Source: Terriglobia bacterium (GTDB lineage Bacteria; Acidobacteriota; Terriglobia; 20CM-2-55-15). From it: a DNA stretch of 64,000 nt. Shown here in pieces: positions 17,330 through 28,900 of the stretch. Below the pieces are notes generated by a model. It searched no databases and had not been told where the DNA came from. It saw nothing but the letters and a program-made list of their open reading frames with translations. The first letter of the stretch is position 1; every line of letters starts with the position of its first letter. Position numbers and translations under genes: made by a program. The DNA is taken from contig CAXWPJ010000009.1 of NCBI GenBank assembly GCA_963664115.2, positions 320,001 through 384,000 of the forward strand. The letters are read 5' to 3'.

Positions 17330-20086
17330 TTAGTTACCCAGGGTGACTTCTTGGGCCTTGCCGTAGTAGATGCCGTTGAAGAGGAATTTGAAGGTGCCGT
17401 GGGATTGAGCACGAAATGCGATTTCAGGGCCGAACAGGAACAGCTTGCCATCCCCCACTGTCGCGTCAATGACCGCGACAGTATCAGCAAGGTAGTTCTC
17501 GCCCCAGGCCCAACCGCTTCGTAGAGGATTCTCCCCGAACCATGCGACAGGCTCAATCCGGTTGGCGACGGCCTCAGGATCCAACCTGAACGTGGGGCTA
17601 CTGCTGAAAACGACATCGACTTCTGAACCGACCCCGAAAGCAAGGGGATGGTCATCGTTCACCTGGACCTGCAAGATCGAACCCGGTATAAAAAATCGTT
17701 CCTGTGGCAGTGTTTGCTCCTCACCGTCGGGAAGCCGCTCGAGAAGGGGGTCGGACACCGGCAGGCCAAGATGCCTGGCCAGAACGGTCGAGCTACCGAT
17801 AGTCAGGATCGTTCCACCAGCTTCGAGAAACTCCCGAAGTCGAGGTACGGTTCGAGTGAGCGTGGTCTTTCCCAATTGACTCCCGTATTGATCCGGAACG
17901 TCTCGCGCAGCCACTAACGCACTGTCTTCCTGATCTGAGGACGGTATCCCGTCATTGACGAATATCAGAACATCGAATCGCGCAGCCAGGTTGCCTCGAT
18001 CAAGCAGCGGGGAATAAACGACCTCAAAAGAAAATTCGAAGTTCTCCAGAAGAAAACGAGTCCAACCCGAGGGTTCCGATCCGCCATAACGGTCCCAGAG
18101 ACCGACTCTCACCTCATTGAGTTCGAGAGCATCGGCACTGGGTTCCGCCATCGTAGCTTCAAAAGCGAGCCCAAGCTCTGCAGCCAACTGCTCCAGTCGA
18201 GGAGGCGTGTTGGCCCCGGCCGGGATGTACATTGTGCCAACCGGATACGTCTTACCGTTCGCGTTGACGGATTCACGTAACCAATGAACGCTTTCACCTT
18301 CTTTCAAAAGCCGGTTGACGGCGATGAACGCATCATTGACCTGATGGCTCAGGAAAAAGCCCGCGGTATCGGGCAAGCGAAAAATCTGGCCGGCAGGAGG
18401 TTCGGCCGCGCCATCGATCTCTTCGAAAGGTCCATCGAAGTCTTCGAGAATTCTGTCAAACTCCACTCCCATCTGATAAGCGAGCGTCCATCCCGTCATG
18501 TCATAAGGCCGGGTCGGCGGTGCTCCAGGAAAAGCGAAGTCATCGGGATAGTCCTGAGGCTCGAACATGTCCAGAACGTGAGGACGAAACGCCTGGGCTG
18601 TCTTGACGACATAGGAACCTGCCGGATACGTTCGCCCATCGACCGCGAAAGCACGGGTTGCGCGATGGATCTCAACACCGCTCTTGATCAGCACATCGAC
18701 GAACTTCGTCGCCGTCAGAAAGTCCGCTTGGCTGGATGAAATGATGTAGCCTCTGGCATCCCTCAGTTCAGGATCCCGGAGCATCTCAAAGTACTTCGGA
18801 TCTAGCTCGTCCCGGGCATCGGAAGAGTTCGCCCCATCGGCCTGCACCTGGGCATCGATCAAAGACACCCTGCTTGGAGTGATGGTCCAGCTGTCACGGC
18901 TTCCGCGTTCGATTGAATTCGTCCCCATCCGCCAGATGTTGAACAACAGGGTGTCTCGATACCGCGAGGCAACATCCAGGACGGCACGATTCGCGGTTAT
19001 CGAGTACTCGACAGATTGGCGGAAATGCCAGGTCTGAGGTTCGATCGGTGAGGGATAGTCTCCCTGTGGCAATTGCCTCTCAACAACAAAGGGAATCTCC
19101 TGAGGCGTGGGACTACCGACGGTCTCGGTCAGCAACCCGATCATGTTGTGAAAATACGGACTCGTTCTCAACCCACCATTCCACCACGTGGAGTAGGTCC
19201 CACCGGATCGCATCGTCGCTCCAGCCTTTCCCTCGGCCAAAAAGCGGCTATGCATGGCACCGCCGACCAGGTCGAGGCTTGTCACGATCAAAGGATCAAA
19301 GTTGTAATTGAACGGGTCCCGGAAAGGTGGTGCAAACAAAACGGTCCCTTTTGGACCACTTTGATGGTGATTGTACACGATCTGAGGAAACCACTCGCGA
19401 TACAGAATCCGATTAATCGCTTGGGTTTCGGGCTGGGAAGACATGTAGAAGTCGCGGTTGTTATCATGACCTGTGTACTTCTGGTACAGCCTCGGCAAGT
19501 TGGAGATCGAACGCTCTTCGGGATTGGACTCACGCATGTACCAGTCCGCGACCAGTTCCAAACCGTCCGGATTGACACATGTAGCCAGCAGTATCGTGTC
19601 ATCGAGCAACCGGAGGGTTTCGTCGTCCGTGCGGCTGACCATTTGGTAGACGAGTTCAATCAACTGCTGGGCTCCCAGCATCTCACTCGCGTGGAGGCCA
19701 CCGTCGATCCATACGACTGATCGGCCCGCGCTGGCCAGTTCCCGCGCCTCGGCCTCTGAGACGTCTTTTGCCAGTGCCAGACGTCGAGATATGTCCTTGT
19801 ACCGATCGAGATTCTCGTGATTCTCCGCAGAAGTAATGATCGCCATGTAGATCGGACGGCCCTCGGCCGTCGTTCCAATGACCTCCAGCGCCATGCGGTC
19901 GGACTCTGAAGCCAATCGCTTCCAATAGGCTTCCAGTTGTGTGTAGCTCGCAATCTGGTAGTCGTCACCCAGACTAAAGCCGAACTCTTCGAAAGGGGTC
20001 GTGATCTCCGTCTGGGCGAAGACCTGGGTGGACACGAGGGCACAGACCAAAACGAGCATCATCGTGCGTGCCTTTGGATCGAACAT
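17330..20086 (-). CDS. Secreted M14-family zinc carboxypeptidase
   Basis: Signal peptide, GLHASE, NPDG, HDNNRD and NHHQ motifs, C-terminal GATase-like domain. Start approximate. Confidence 0.85.
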   Translation of the reverse strand: MFDPKARTMMLVLVCALVSTQVFAQTEITTPFEEFGFSLGDDYQIASYTQLEAYWKRLASESDRMALEVIGTTAEGRPIYMAIITSAENHENLDRYKDISRRLALAKDVSEAEARELASAGRSVVWIDGGLHASEMLGAQQLIELVYQMVSRTDDETLRLLDDTILLATCVNPDGLELVADWYMRESNPEERSISNLPRLYQKYTGHDNNRDFYMSSQPETQAINRILYREWFPQIVYNHHQSGPKGTVLFAPPFRDPFNYNFDPLIVTSLDLVGGAMHSRFLAEGKAGATMRSGGTYSTWWNGGLRTSPYFHNMIGLLTETVGSPTPQEIPFVVERQLPQGDYPSPIEPQTWHFRQSVEYSITANRAVLDVASRYRDTLLFNIWRMGTNSIERGSRDSWTITPSRVSLIDAQVQADGANSSDARDELDPKYFEMLRDPELRDARGYIISSSQADFLTATKFVDVLIKSGVEIHRATRAFAVDGRTYPAGSYVVKTAQAFRPHVLDMFEPQDYPDDFAFPGAPPTRPYDMTGWTLAYQMGVEFDRILEDFDGPFEEIDGAAEPPAGQIFRLPDTAGFFLSHQVNDAFIAVNRLLKEGESVHWLRESVNANGKTYPVGTMYIPAGANTPPRLEQLAAELGLAFEATMAEPSADALELNEVRVGLWDRYGGSEPSGWTRFLLENFEFSFEVVYSPLLDRGNLAARFDVLIFVNDGIPSSDQEDSALVAARDVPDQYGSQLGKTTLTRTVPRLREFLEAGGTILTIGSSTVLARHLGLPVSDPLLERLPDGEEQTLPQERFFIPGSILQVQVNDDHPLAFGVGSEVDVVFSSSPTFRLDPEAVANRIEPVAWFGENPLRSGWAWGENYLADTVAVIDATVGDGKLFLFGPEIAFRAQSHGTFKFLFNGIYYGKAQEVTLGN

Positions 20087-20225
20087 GAAACCCCCATCAA
20101 CAATTATTCGCTGATGCATTGATTGTAAGAACTTGTGACCCTGCGAACCACTCAAATGTGCTAAAAGAATAATGTTGCCTGCCGCTAATGGCAGTTGATC
20201 GATCCCGCCGGTATGTCAGGAAACT

Positions 20226-20528
20226 ATGCCGTTCGACCCGACCCTTCGCCAGATCATTGCGTCACTTCGGAGTTCCAGTGAATGGGACGAAGAACTGGAT
20301 CTGCGCCTTCTCCAGAGTCTCTGGGTCCAGCTGGTGGGGGAGTCACTTGCCGAAGCAACAGCCGCCATCGCGATCGACGACGGCCGTGTCATCATTCGAG
20401 TTCCCGATCCGACGTGGAAGCGCCAACTGCTATCTATTAAGCCCTGGCTGATACGGCGTATGAACGAACCGTGGCCAAACGGATGGATCACTGACATTGG
20501 ATTTACCTATGAAAATAAGCGCAACTGA
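20226..20528 (+). CDS. dciA: DciA (DUF721) helicase-loader-like protein
   Basis: W..LVG..LA..T pattern and V.DPTW..QL motif. Confidence 0.7.
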   Translation: MPFDPTLRQIIASLRSSSEWDEELDLRLLQSLWVQLVGESLAEATAAIAIDDGRVIIRVPDPTWKRQLLSIKPWLIRRMNEPWPNGWITDIGFTYENKRN

Positions 20529-20790
20529 TGTTGCATACGTCGCCGGGCTGGCCAACCTTGAAGTCGCCGAAGAAGAACAAGAAGGCCTGGCGGCACAACT
20601 CAGCCGAATCGTCGAATACGTCGAACTCCTGAACACCCTCGATACCGACGATGTCGAGCCAACCTCTCAAGTGGTCACCGAGGTGTCGCATGTCCAACGT
20701 GAAGACCGTGCTGCGGCTCGCGCAGGAAGCTCCGAAACCGCGAAAACGGTCGGACTGTTCAAGGTACCGCGGGTGATCACCGAACGATGA
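20509..20790 (+). CDS. gatC: Asp/Glu-tRNA amidotransferase subunit C
   Basis: V.YVA.LA.L, L..LDT..VEPT and FKVPRV motifs, directly before gatA. Confidence 0.92.
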   Translation: MKISATDVAYVAGLANLEVAEEEQEGLAAQLSRIVEYVELLNTLDTDDVEPTSQVVTEVSHVQREDRAAARAGSSETAKTVGLFKVPRVITER

Positions 20791-22229
20791 ATCTTAAGAA
20801 CATCACGTCAGACGCCCTCGTCGAAAAGTACAGGAACCGGGAAATAGCGGTCCAGGAAGTTATCGAAGACGTCTTTGATGAAATCGATCGCGTCGACCCG
20901 GATCTGGGAGCCTTTATTCACACGCGAAAGGACGCAGCCCTGGAGGAGGCGCGGGTCCTCGATCAGGCCATCGCGAATGGACAGACTCTTTCGCCCCTGG
21001 CCGGCGTTCCGGTTGCCATAAAGGACAACATGAACATCCGGGGTATCCGAACGACGTGCGGGTCGAAGATTCTTGAGGAATACGTCCCTTCCTACACGTC
21101 GACAGCAGTAGAGCGCCTGCAGCACGCAGGAGCCATTGTAGTCGGAAAGACGAATCTGGACGAATTTGCCATGGGCTCTTCGACGGAAAACTCAGCATTC
21201 TATCCCACTCGAAATCCCCATGATCACGACCGCGTTCCAGGAGGTTCCAGCGGCGGTTCGGCCGCGGCCGTCGCCGCAGGGTTGGTCAGCCTGTCACTGG
21301 GATCCGACACGGGCGGTTCCATTCGCCAGCCGGCATCGTTTTGCGGCGTGGTGGGAGTTAAACCGACTTACGGACGGGTTTCACGCTACGGACTGGTGGC
21401 CTTTGCATCGTCGCTGGATCAGATTGGCCCGTTTACGCGAACGGTTCGAGAATCGGCACAGGTGCTCGAGACGATATGTGGCTTTGATCCGTTGGACTCA
21501 ACGTCGACCGAGGTCGGGGTCGAAGACTGGACCGGAACACTCGACCAACCGGCACGCGGTTTACGGATCGGTGTACCTAAAGAGTATTTTGTGGACGGTA
21601 TGGACACGGCAGTCCGCGACAAGATCCAGGACGCAATCGCCACACTCGAAGGGCTGGGCTGTAAGGTCAAGCAAGTCAGCCTGCCACATACCGGTTATGC
21701 GGTCGCCACCTACTATTTGATTGCCACGGCGGAAGCCAGCTCCAACCTGGCTCGCTACGATGGCGTCCGATACGGGCTCCGCGTGGAAGGAGCTACACAC
21801 CAGGAGATGTACCGTCAGACACGCATGCGTGGATTCGGAAGCGAGGTGAAACGCCGTATCCTGCTGGGCACATACGCTCTGAGCACCGGATACTACGATG
21901 CTTACTATCTGAAGGCGCAGAAAGTACGGACACTGATTCTCCGCGATTTTCAGAACGCCTTCGAAAAAGTCGATCTCATCGTGACGCCCACCTGCCCCAC
22001 AACGGCCTTCAAGCTCGGCGAAAAAACGGATGACCCCCTGTCGATGTACTTGTCCGATATCTTCACACTCACGTGCAACCTGGCGGGGCTGCCGGGAATT
22101 TCCATGCCCTGCGGCAAAGGATCCGACGGCATGCCGATCGGCATGCAGCTGCTCGGGAATCATTTTGAAGAAGGACAGCTGCTACGTGTAGCCCATCAGT
22201 TTGAACAGGCAGGCGGATTCAACTCGTGA
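20787..22229 (+). CDS. gatA: Asp/Glu-tRNA amidotransferase subunit A
   Basis: [40 protein letters not shown]. Confidence 0.97.
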   Translation: MNLKNITSDALVEKYRNREIAVQEVIEDVFDEIDRVDPDLGAFIHTRKDAALEEARVLDQAIANGQTLSPLAGVPVAIKDNMNIRGIRTTCGSKILEEYVPSYTSTAVERLQHAGAIVVGKTNLDEFAMGSSTENSAFYPTRNPHDHDRVPGGSSGGSAAAVAAGLVSLSLGSDTGGSIRQPASFCGVVGVKPTYGRVSRYGLVAFASSLDQIGPFTRTVRESAQVLETICGFDPLDSTSTEVGVEDWTGTLDQPARGLRIGVPKEYFVDGMDTAVRDKIQDAIATLEGLGCKVKQVSLPHTGYAVATYYLIATAEASSNLARYDGVRYGLRVEGATHQEMYRQTRMRGFGSEVKRRILLGTYALSTGYYDAYYLKAQKVRTLILRDFQNAFEKVDLIVTPTCPTTAFKLGEKTDDPLSMYLSDIFTLTCNLAGLPGISMPCGKGSDGMPIGMQLLGNHFEEGQLLRVAHQFEQAGGFNS

Positions 22230-22795
22230 CGGGACGGCTCCTCGGGACCCTTCTGAAGACAGCCCTCCCTGTCCTTATTCTTATCCTGTGGCTCGACATG
22301 CCCACACCGGCTCAAACTACCGGGCCTGACGTGATCGCGGTGGTAGATCTGCGGCAAGCGATCGAAGGCACCTCCGACTTTCAGCGGGCGTCGGAAGAGT
22401 GGACCTTGGCGATGACCGCGGAGACGGCCGACCTCTCCGCAAAACAGGAAGAGCTTCGTCAGGCCGAAGAACGGTTGGCGGCCGAACAGGACGAGCTGAA
22501 TGAATCAACGAGCACAACGCTGATTCGAACAGTGAACGAGCTGCGAAGAGAGTTCGATCGGATGAACGCCGATGTTCAAAACGAGCTGAACGGCTTGAGA
22601 GAGCGGCTCATCCTACCCATCACGGCGAAAGTCGATCGGGCTATCCGGGAGTTCGCGGAAGAAAATAATCTCGCTCTGATTCTGGATATTTCCAATCCCC
22701 AGGTCGGAATTTCCTTAAGCGATGACACCGTCGACATCACCACCGCGATTGTCGATTACATCGGAACTCCAGTAACATCGGAAGACATTCCATAG
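22226..22795 (+). CDS. skp: OmpH/Skp periplasmic chaperone
   Basis: Signal peptide, IAVVD, long helical body, LILD...DIT C-terminus. Confidence 0.8.
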   Translation: MTGRLLGTLLKTALPVLILILWLDMPTPAQTTGPDVIAVVDLRQAIEGTSDFQRASEEWTLAMTAETADLSAKQEELRQAEERLAAEQDELNESTSTTLIRTVNELRREFDRMNADVQNELNGLRERLILPITAKVDRAIREFAEENNLALILDISNPQVGISLSDDTVDITTAIVDYIGTPVTSEDIP

Positions 22796-22999
22796 CGATC
22801 TTGCTACCAAATGCGTCCAGTACTGAATTAAGCCTCACGTTCGGTCACGCGCCGCCACCGACTTTCCGAAACATGGCCATCACATCCTGGAACTCCTCGG
22901 ACATCGGCTGTTTCATGAGGGCCACCGAGGGCAACGTCATTGAAATGCAGTGCCGGGAGTGAGAGCATATTTCCCCACTGAATGCAGGGCGTCGCAGGA

Positions 23000-23431
23000 A
23001 TGAAGACCATTCTAAGCATTGTAGCTTTCTTGCTGATACTCGCGGGGTGCATATGGATTCTACAGGGCATTAACATCCTCCCGGGTAGCTTCATGACCGG
23101 TCAGATTGAATGGGCTGTGTACGGCGGACTGGCCGTAGCATTCGGCGCTGGTTTGTTCCTCGCGAACAACCGCGGCCTGCAAAGCGCTTCCACTGAGATC
23201 GAGGACGAAAGCCAGGTGAAGGGCTCTCATTCAATGCCACAGAACCCAAGCGGCTACGCTCGAAGTTTGACGCGCGTCTCCGAAGAATGGGGTGCGTGGG
23301 ATGAATATACGCAGGTCCGCAGACCGCTTTTGTTGCACTACGAGTTCCGTCGGAGCACGCCTGTGTGCCTGCTGACCGGTCTGGGGCTTGCGGTCTGGCG
23401 CTGGATTTCTGGTTCCTGGGCCTTGTCGTAG
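23000..23431 (+). CDS. Small membrane protein (first ~60 aa look genuine, remainder doubtful)
   Basis: Two TM segments around WILQGINILPGSFMTG. Confidence 0.5.
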   Translation: MKTILSIVAFLLILAGCIWILQGINILPGSFMTGQIEWAVYGGLAVAFGAGLFLANNRGLQSASTEIEDESQVKGSHSMPQNPSGYARSLTRVSEEWGAWDEYTQVRRPLLLHYEFRRSTPVCLLTGLGLAVWRWISGSWALS

Positions 23432-23820
23432 ACAAAGGTCAGATTCTGGAGGGTTTCGCGTCGACAATCGCTGCCGCACTGGTGTTTCCAATTGGCCGAG
23501 GTGTCACCGTCGACGGAATCACTCGACGAGTCACTCGATGGTGGGGATGGGTGTACAAGCCGTTTTTCAAACAATCGCATGACTTTTCGGCTTTCAGCAT
23601 CGTTGATATCACCAAGAAGCTCGGACCAAAGTCTGGAGAACCGCATGTCGGCCGAGATGTGTTCCGCCCCGTCTGTCTCGTCACGTTGGACGGAAAGCGC
23701 GTGCTATTGAAAACCTGCACATGGATCAAGGGAGCGCGGGCGCTGGCTGTGGAAGTCGCGGATATCCTGTCGATTCCGGTTAACGATCACTTTCCGGAAG
23801 ACGAGGATTTCACCGAATGA
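23233..23820 (+). pseudogene. Probably frameshifted membrane-associated protein
   Basis: The hydrophobic segment appears to switch frame near 23385-23395 (CLLTGLG / ACGLALDFWF), and the downstream ORF lacks a good start. Confidence 0.35.
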
Positions 23821-24241
23821 CTGAAAGGCGTTACCAACAAGTGCGATAAACCTTAAACCCGCGCTCTTTGTCTCCAAACCCCATCGCCTCAGCTGGAACC
23901 AGGAATACCGTGTTTACAGCGATCGAATTGAATTGAGAGCCAAGATACTGTTTTGCACTCTGCGGATTCCATTGGACAAGATTGTTTCAATCACCGTACG
24001 TCCAAAACCGGCGACGGTTGATTTCCTCCGTCACCCTGTGGAAACCTTGTGGTCCTATAACAACGACCGGGCTGCCTTTGCCCGGCACGTGTGTCTACAC
24101 CGCAAGGGCTGGCCACCCAGGATTCGGTTTGTACCGGATGATCCCGACCAGTTTGTCGCTGTATGCAGGGAGCTTCTGGAACAGGCGTCTCCCCAATAGG
24201 CTGGGGCATTGGCACAGATCGGCTGTCCGAGATGGAATAGT

Positions 24242-24607
24242 ATGGGCAAGAAAGGAGACCGCCTGACGGCAAAATCAACACTCGTTGCCGAAGACTTCGT
24301 TCGGCGATTGGCTCCGTTGGGCGAGGTCTCAGGTAAGAAGATGTTCGGAGGATTCGGCATATTCGAAAGCGGAACAATGTTCGCCCTCGTAGGCTCCAGC
24401 GGTCAATTATTCTTAAAAGTCGACGATTCGAATCGAAAGGACTTCGAGACCGCCGGATCGGATCAACATGGCCGGATGCCGTATTTCTCGTTACCCGATG
24501 AGGTTTTGGGCCGGGACGTGGAACCCCGCGAATGGGCCAGCCGAGCCATCGAAACCGCCCATCGAGCTAAAGCAGCAGGTGGTACAACACGGAAGGGTCG
24601 CGTTTGA
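24242..24607 (+). CDS. TfoX/Sxy N-terminal domain protein
   Basis: KKMFGGFGIF, MFALV, LFLKVD and MPYF motifs. Confidence 0.85.
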   Translation: MGKKGDRLTAKSTLVAEDFVRRLAPLGEVSGKKMFGGFGIFESGTMFALVGSSGQLFLKVDDSNRKDFETAGSDQHGRMPYFSLPDEVLGRDVEPREWASRAIETAHRAKAAGGTTRKGRV

Positions 24608-25110
24608 CTACTTTCGATCCATCGCAGTTCCATATCAGAGCGGGAACCGAAAAGGACGTGGACCTGCTCCTTGAACTGATCAAGGGTTTGGCGGAATACG
24701 AAAAGCTGGGCCACGAAGTTACAGCAAGCGCTGAGCTACTCCGCGATACACTTTTCGGACCCAAGCCCGCGGCTGAAGTCGTCATCGGATACGCCGGGGC
24801 TGAACCCGCGGGATTCGCCCTCTTCTTTCCGACCTATTCGACGTTTCTAGGCCAGCCCGGACTCTACCTGGAAGACCTGTTCGTTGTACCCAAGTGGCGC
24901 AATCACGGGATAGGGCGTCGGTTGCTGAGCCATCTGGCGGGCATCGCGTTGGAGCGTGACTATGGACGCATGGACTGGTCCGTTTTGGATTGGAATGAGT
25001 CTGCCATTCGCTTCTACAAAAAGCTCGGGGCCCGATCAATGGATGACTGGAAACTTTGCCGACTTACAGGTGAGGCCCTCCGCGCACTCGCGAAAAACGA
25101 CAGCCTTTGA
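24604..25110 (+). CDS. GNAT N-acetyltransferase (spermidine/diamine acetyltransferase-like)
   Basis: LAEYEK, YLEDLFV.P..R..GIG and VLDWNE.AI.FY motifs. Confidence 0.9.
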   Translation: MTTFDPSQFHIRAGTEKDVDLLLELIKGLAEYEKLGHEVTASAELLRDTLFGPKPAAEVVIGYAGAEPAGFALFFPTYSTFLGQPGLYLEDLFVVPKWRNHGIGRRLLSHLAGIALERDYGRMDWSVLDWNESAIRFYKKLGARSMDDWKLCRLTGEALRALAKNDSL

Positions 25111-25325
25111 TGCAGACTCCAAAAGAGATGAAATCACTTTATCCTGAGGTACTCTGGGTATGATCCAGAACATCGATAGTTCAGACGGGGGTACCTCGTC
25201 GACTACGCACCGGAACTCTGAAAGCCAACTCATGCGAGTCAAACACTTGGATGTTCCCTTCGGACCAGGCTGTTTAGGACGAAGCCTCGAACTCTCAAAC
25301 CCATAATCCATAGAAAGGAAAACGT

Positions 25326-25880
25326 ATGAAGACCGCACTGATTCTTGTTGATATACAAAACGATTATTTCGAAGGAGGACAGATGGAGCTGGTCGGAATG
25401 GCCGAGGCCAGCACGAAAGCCGGACGGTTGTTGTCCTATTTTCGTGAGAACGAATTGTCTGCCTTTCACATTCAGCACGTCGCAGCCGATCCGGGTCTAG
25501 GCTTCTTTCTCCCCAATACAGATGGAGTCGAACTTCACGACAGTATCAAGCCCCTGCCGAATGAAACCGTCATTCAGAAACATCATCCGAACGGTTTTAG
25601 AGAAACAATCCTAGGCGAAGAACTCAGCAAGGCTGAAGTTGGCCGCGTTGTAATCTGTGGTGCGATGAGTCATATGTGCATCGACGCCACAACACGTGCG
25701 GCCGCCGATTCGGGCCTGGAATGCATTCTCGTCCATGACACCTGCGCAACGCGTGACCTCGAATTCCAAGGCCGGACGATACCCGCTCGAGAAGTTCATG
25801 ATTCATTCATGGCGTCCCTGGGTTGGGGTTACGCAAAAGCGCTCACCCTCGACGAGTTTCTGTCACAATCTGAGACATAA
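25326..25880 (+). CDS. Isochorismatase-family cysteine hydrolase
   Basis: LVDIQNDYF, K..PN.F and GAMSHMC.D.T.R motifs. Confidence 0.9.
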   Translation: MKTALILVDIQNDYFEGGQMELVGMAEASTKAGRLLSYFRENELSAFHIQHVAADPGLGFFLPNTDGVELHDSIKPLPNETVIQKHHPNGFRETILGEELSKAEVGRVVICGAMSHMCIDATTRAAADSGLECILVHDTCATRDLEFQGRTIPAREVHDSFMASLGWGYAKALTLDEFLSQSET

Positions 25881-25973
25881 TCAACAAGTATCAGAACCCC
25901 TTGCGATAAGGAAATCATCGTCGGATACCTTAACTTGATAATTGTCGGAGTGGGACGGTAAACGCGTCTCGAA

Positions 25974-28900
25974 CTACTTGAATCGCCTCCTGAGCCGGAT
26001 ATCCACACCAAACGCCCCGGTTTCATCCCGGGATGCGATAAAAGACGTATCGTTGTTCAGGAAATACTCGATCAGAATAATCTGCTGTTTGGCCGATGAG
26101 AGGTCCTGGGAGTAAGTAATTGCCAGATCCCGGGTAATTTGCTCGGATATAGTTACACGGGCGACCGAGTTGTTTTCGGCTCCTACGAGGAAGGGGTCAA
26201 TCCTCACGCGCCCCAACACCCCGAGACGCGAGCCGACGCGCTCTTGAAGTAAGTCCGCGAGAATAGTGGCCGCCCCTCCGGTGAAAAGCTGTTCGCTCGT
26301 CGGCACGAGACTCGCGTCCGGCCGGTCCTCGGCAAGTTCCTCACGGGTGCGTCCACCGGCTACCAGGCTGACAATTTCAAGTTGAGGTAGTGGGGGGTCC
26401 GAGCGCAGGTCCAGCCGCACGTCGTCTCCCCGTCCGGTGATCGCCAGCATGATTCTGTAGTCCCGCAACTCGGTCTCTGCCTGAACGTCGATCAACGGTT
26501 GAATTCCCAGGGGATCCACAAAGTCGATAGCGCCTCGTGAAATCCTGTAACGGGAGCCCTGGAAATTGAGGTTGCCCGCCGTGCTTTCGATGTGGCCTGT
26601 CATCGTGGGATCGCCCCACGTACCCCCAATATCCAGATCGAGCCTCGCGTCGATGCTGACGACTTCGTTCTCGACCCGGATGTTGCGATCTCCGGCAACA
26701 TGGAGAGCGAGCGCCAGCTGATCGAGCGGACCCTCCGAGTCAGCACCCCCAAGGCCGCCGCCTAACATCTCGAGGAACGCGTCAAAGCTCTCGTCGAAAG
26801 ACAGGTCGATAACCTGCAGGTTGCCTTCGAGAGACGGGGTCTGCCCCGTGCCACCTAAGACCAGGGCGCCGTTGACGACGATTCGCAAGCCCTCGGCAGT
26901 CCGCACCCGAACATTCGACGCATCCAGCCGGATATCGAAGTCGCCGGGACCGGCACGTTCCACGCCAACCGTCCCTCTCAGGGTGACATCACCTCCACCG
27001 GCGTTACCCCGGATGTCGTTCAAGTTCACACGATTTCCGTCAAAGAAGAGATCTCCTGACAGGGAGGACAGACTCAGGAACAAGCTCTCGTGACCCAATG
27101 AAACGCTTTCCAGCGTCGCGATGCCACCCAATTCCGGACTGGCCAGGGTGCCACTCACCTGACCGTCTACCACTATGATGCCTTCTCCTTCGAGTCCCGC
27201 GTACCCACTGAGAACAAGCGATAGATCCACGTTCCCCCGCACTGAAAGGTCCAGTGGCGCTTGCTCCGACACCGCCACTGTTCCCTCCAATACAAGGGCG
27301 GTTGCATCACCTGCCAGCTCGATGCTCGACACCTGAACGCGTTCAGAATCGAACTCGAAAGTGAAGGGCTGAGAGACACGCAGATCACGGTCCTGGAAAC
27401 GCGCTGTCAAGCCGGTTACCTGCCCCCTACCTTCGAGTCCTGCCAGATCCCGTAGTTGTCCTCCGAACGTGGCGGTTCCGGATACGGTCAGCGACCCGTT
27501 ACTCAATCCCACCGGTCGATCGGCGCCATAGTCGACAAAACTCGCCGTACCCTGGAACGGATAGCCGTCCACGGCGGTGTCGATTTCTGCCGCGAGAGAA
27601 AGTTCAGGGCCTGCCTGTATCTCGGCACGCATACTGCGCCCGATGGTTTCGATTTCGAGGACGGCCTCGGGAAAGTACTGTTCGCGAAAGCGGAAATCGT
27701 CAAGCACCGCCTGACCTTCGACCAGCGGCGCACCCACAGTTCCCTCTACTCCAAACGAAGCGGTCCTCACCTCTCCGGCGAGTCCGGCCGGGACACCCAG
27801 CCATTGGTAATCCTCAAGCCGGTGTCCGGAAAAAACAACGCTGCCGGCAAGTGTCCCGGTTCCTTGCTCATACAGAACGTCTCCCGCAAGCGATGCTGCT
27901 CCCTGATTCACCGCTATATTCGAAACGTGGACAGTATCGGGATCGAACATCACCGCAGCCTCGACGCGGCCGACCCGATTGCCGTCATAAGAAAAAGCGG
28001 CCGACTCCAACTGCGCATCAAAACGTAAAGGATCAATAGAGAAGAGACGAAGCTCACCGGAAACGACACCGTCCAATGGCCAGTTCACGAACCGACGGAG
28101 TTCGACGGCATCGACTGCAACCAAGTCGACCCTCAGGTCGGGCAGCCCGAGGTCTCGATCGAATCTCCCGTTCACCCGAATTTCAGATTTCCCGTCCAGC
28201 ACGCGGACATTGTTCATTTCAACTTCATCCGAAGTCAGCGTCGCTCGCCCTTCGAGGCTATCGATCTCCAGCTCTCCATAGCTGTAACTGACAACCGTGA
28301 AGACTCCCGAGAGATTGGGTTCGGCGATACGGCCTTCGATGACACCCTCGAGCCGACCGTGTCCATTCGCAGGACCGTACAGAAAAGCCAGGTCTCTGAA
28401 ATCTTGCGACTCCACTACGAAGTCGAGCGCTGTCACTTCGCGATCAATCAGGCCGTTGGCCTCGAACGCAGTCGATCCCAACTGCGCGACCAGTCCAGTG
28501 ACTTCAATGGCGCCCGGAACGCCGTGATAGAGCGTCGAGCCCGAAATCGGTAGAGACACAGCCCCGGCAAACTCGGTCCTAAGAGCAGATTCGAATTGGG
28601 AGTTGCCTTGAAAGTCGAAGCGGACGAACTTTCCTTCGAACCATCCCGCGAGCGTTCCCCCGGCCGTGGAGGTCACGACATAAGGACCCTGCCATGGGTA
28701 GATTCTCCGAAGGGCCGTCGTGTCGATACCCTCGAAAGCCAGCTTCAGTTCAACCCGCCTCGCTGGCCCGGGCAACGACAACACTGCTGCGGTACCCGTT
28801 GTACGTCCGCCCAGGACATCGGCTGAGAGGCCGCTCGCCACGAGCGTCCTCTCGGGAAACGAGTATTCGAAGTCGGAGAAAAGGTTGGTCCCACTCCACC

